From Chlorobium sp. (GTDB lineage: Bacteria; Bacteroidota; Chlorobiia; Chlorobiales; Chlorobiaceae), in the NCBI GenBank assembly GCA_028280025.1, contig JANQMO010000045.1, forward strand, positions 4,343 through 36,342: a stretch of 32,000 bases of DNA, written 5' to 3'. This document shows positions 31,807 through 32,000 of the stretch, in pieces (position 1 is the first letter of the stretch; the number at the start of each line of letters is the position of its first letter). The translations under genes were made by a program, and so were the position numbers. The notes beneath the pieces are model-generated. The model was not told where the DNA came from and searched no databases. It worked only from the letters and a program-made list of their open reading frames with translations.

Positions 31807-32000
31807 TCAATCTTCTTTAATAATCTTCGAAATCGCCTTGAATTGCTCTCCTTCGGCAACGCGCAGCAGTTCGAAAATCACCATTTCAGTGCTTTTCAGA
31901 AGTGCCCCGGCCTTTTCTATGGCTCGAATTCCGAGTTCCCTGTTTTCCTCTGTGCGCGAGGCAACCGCATCGGCGACAAGGTGGACGTTGTAGCCGTACT
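31807..32000 (-). CDS. Isochorismatase-family hydrolase, C-terminal 64 codons (the gene starts beyond the window end)
   Basis: Hand translation of the minus strand gives YGYNVHLVADAVASRTEENRELGIRAIEKAGALLKSTEMVIFELLRVAEGEQFKAISKIIKED*, resembling the C-terminal region of isochorismatase-like (YcaC-type) hydrolases. Confidence 0.55.
   Translation of the reverse strand, partial: YGYNVHLVADAVASRTEENRELGIRAIEKAGALLKSTEMVIFELLRVAEGEQFKAISKIIKED

Overview
This window reads as core chromosome from a Bacteroidota/Chlorobiota-type bacterium, most consistent with a green sulfur bacterium. That is inferred from an LpxC-FabZ fusion gene, a split carB, the gene content and mid-range GC; no database search was possible. 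I support about 28 protein genes, almost all housekeeping. In order: sppA (partial), an OppF/DppF-like ABC ATPase, a 2TM protein, rsmI, panC, pnp, leuS, acs, a GNAT, a small Ada-Zn secreted protein, tspO, an inositol monophosphatase, lpxC-fabZ, a pgsA-like gene, ruvC, yebC, pheA, polA, DUF2795, an Omp85/BamA-like protein, rpe, trpC, the carB N-terminal half, a JAMM/MPN+ protein, purD, DUF374, lpxK and an isochorismatase-like gene (partial). I recognised no rRNA, tRNA, CRISPR array, transposase, integrase or defence gene, so there is no gene-encoded novel system here. The unusual content is non-coding. (1) The yebC-pheA intergenic region is about 340 bp, densely self-complementary and bounded by inverted repeats. 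It contains a 15-codon Phe-rich upstream ORF whose Phe codons are exactly complementary to the pheA translation-initiation region, making it a candidate leader-peptide attenuator. (2) A family of mosaic intergenic elements is built entirely from short tandem repeat blocks of 7-, 8- and 9-mers around a TATAGGWCC core. There are three to four copies; two lie in inverted orientation about 17 kb apart, and the repeats supply the C-terminal tails and stop codons of two unrelated genes. (3) The Omp85/BamA-like gene has about 187 codons of clearly coding signal-peptide and POTRA sequence with no in-frame ATG/GTG/TTG. An out-of-frame GTG sits directly before a T9 run, suggesting slippage, a frameshift or a homopolymer sequencing error. 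All functional calls rest on motif and family recognition by eye from the supplied translations and my own hand translation.
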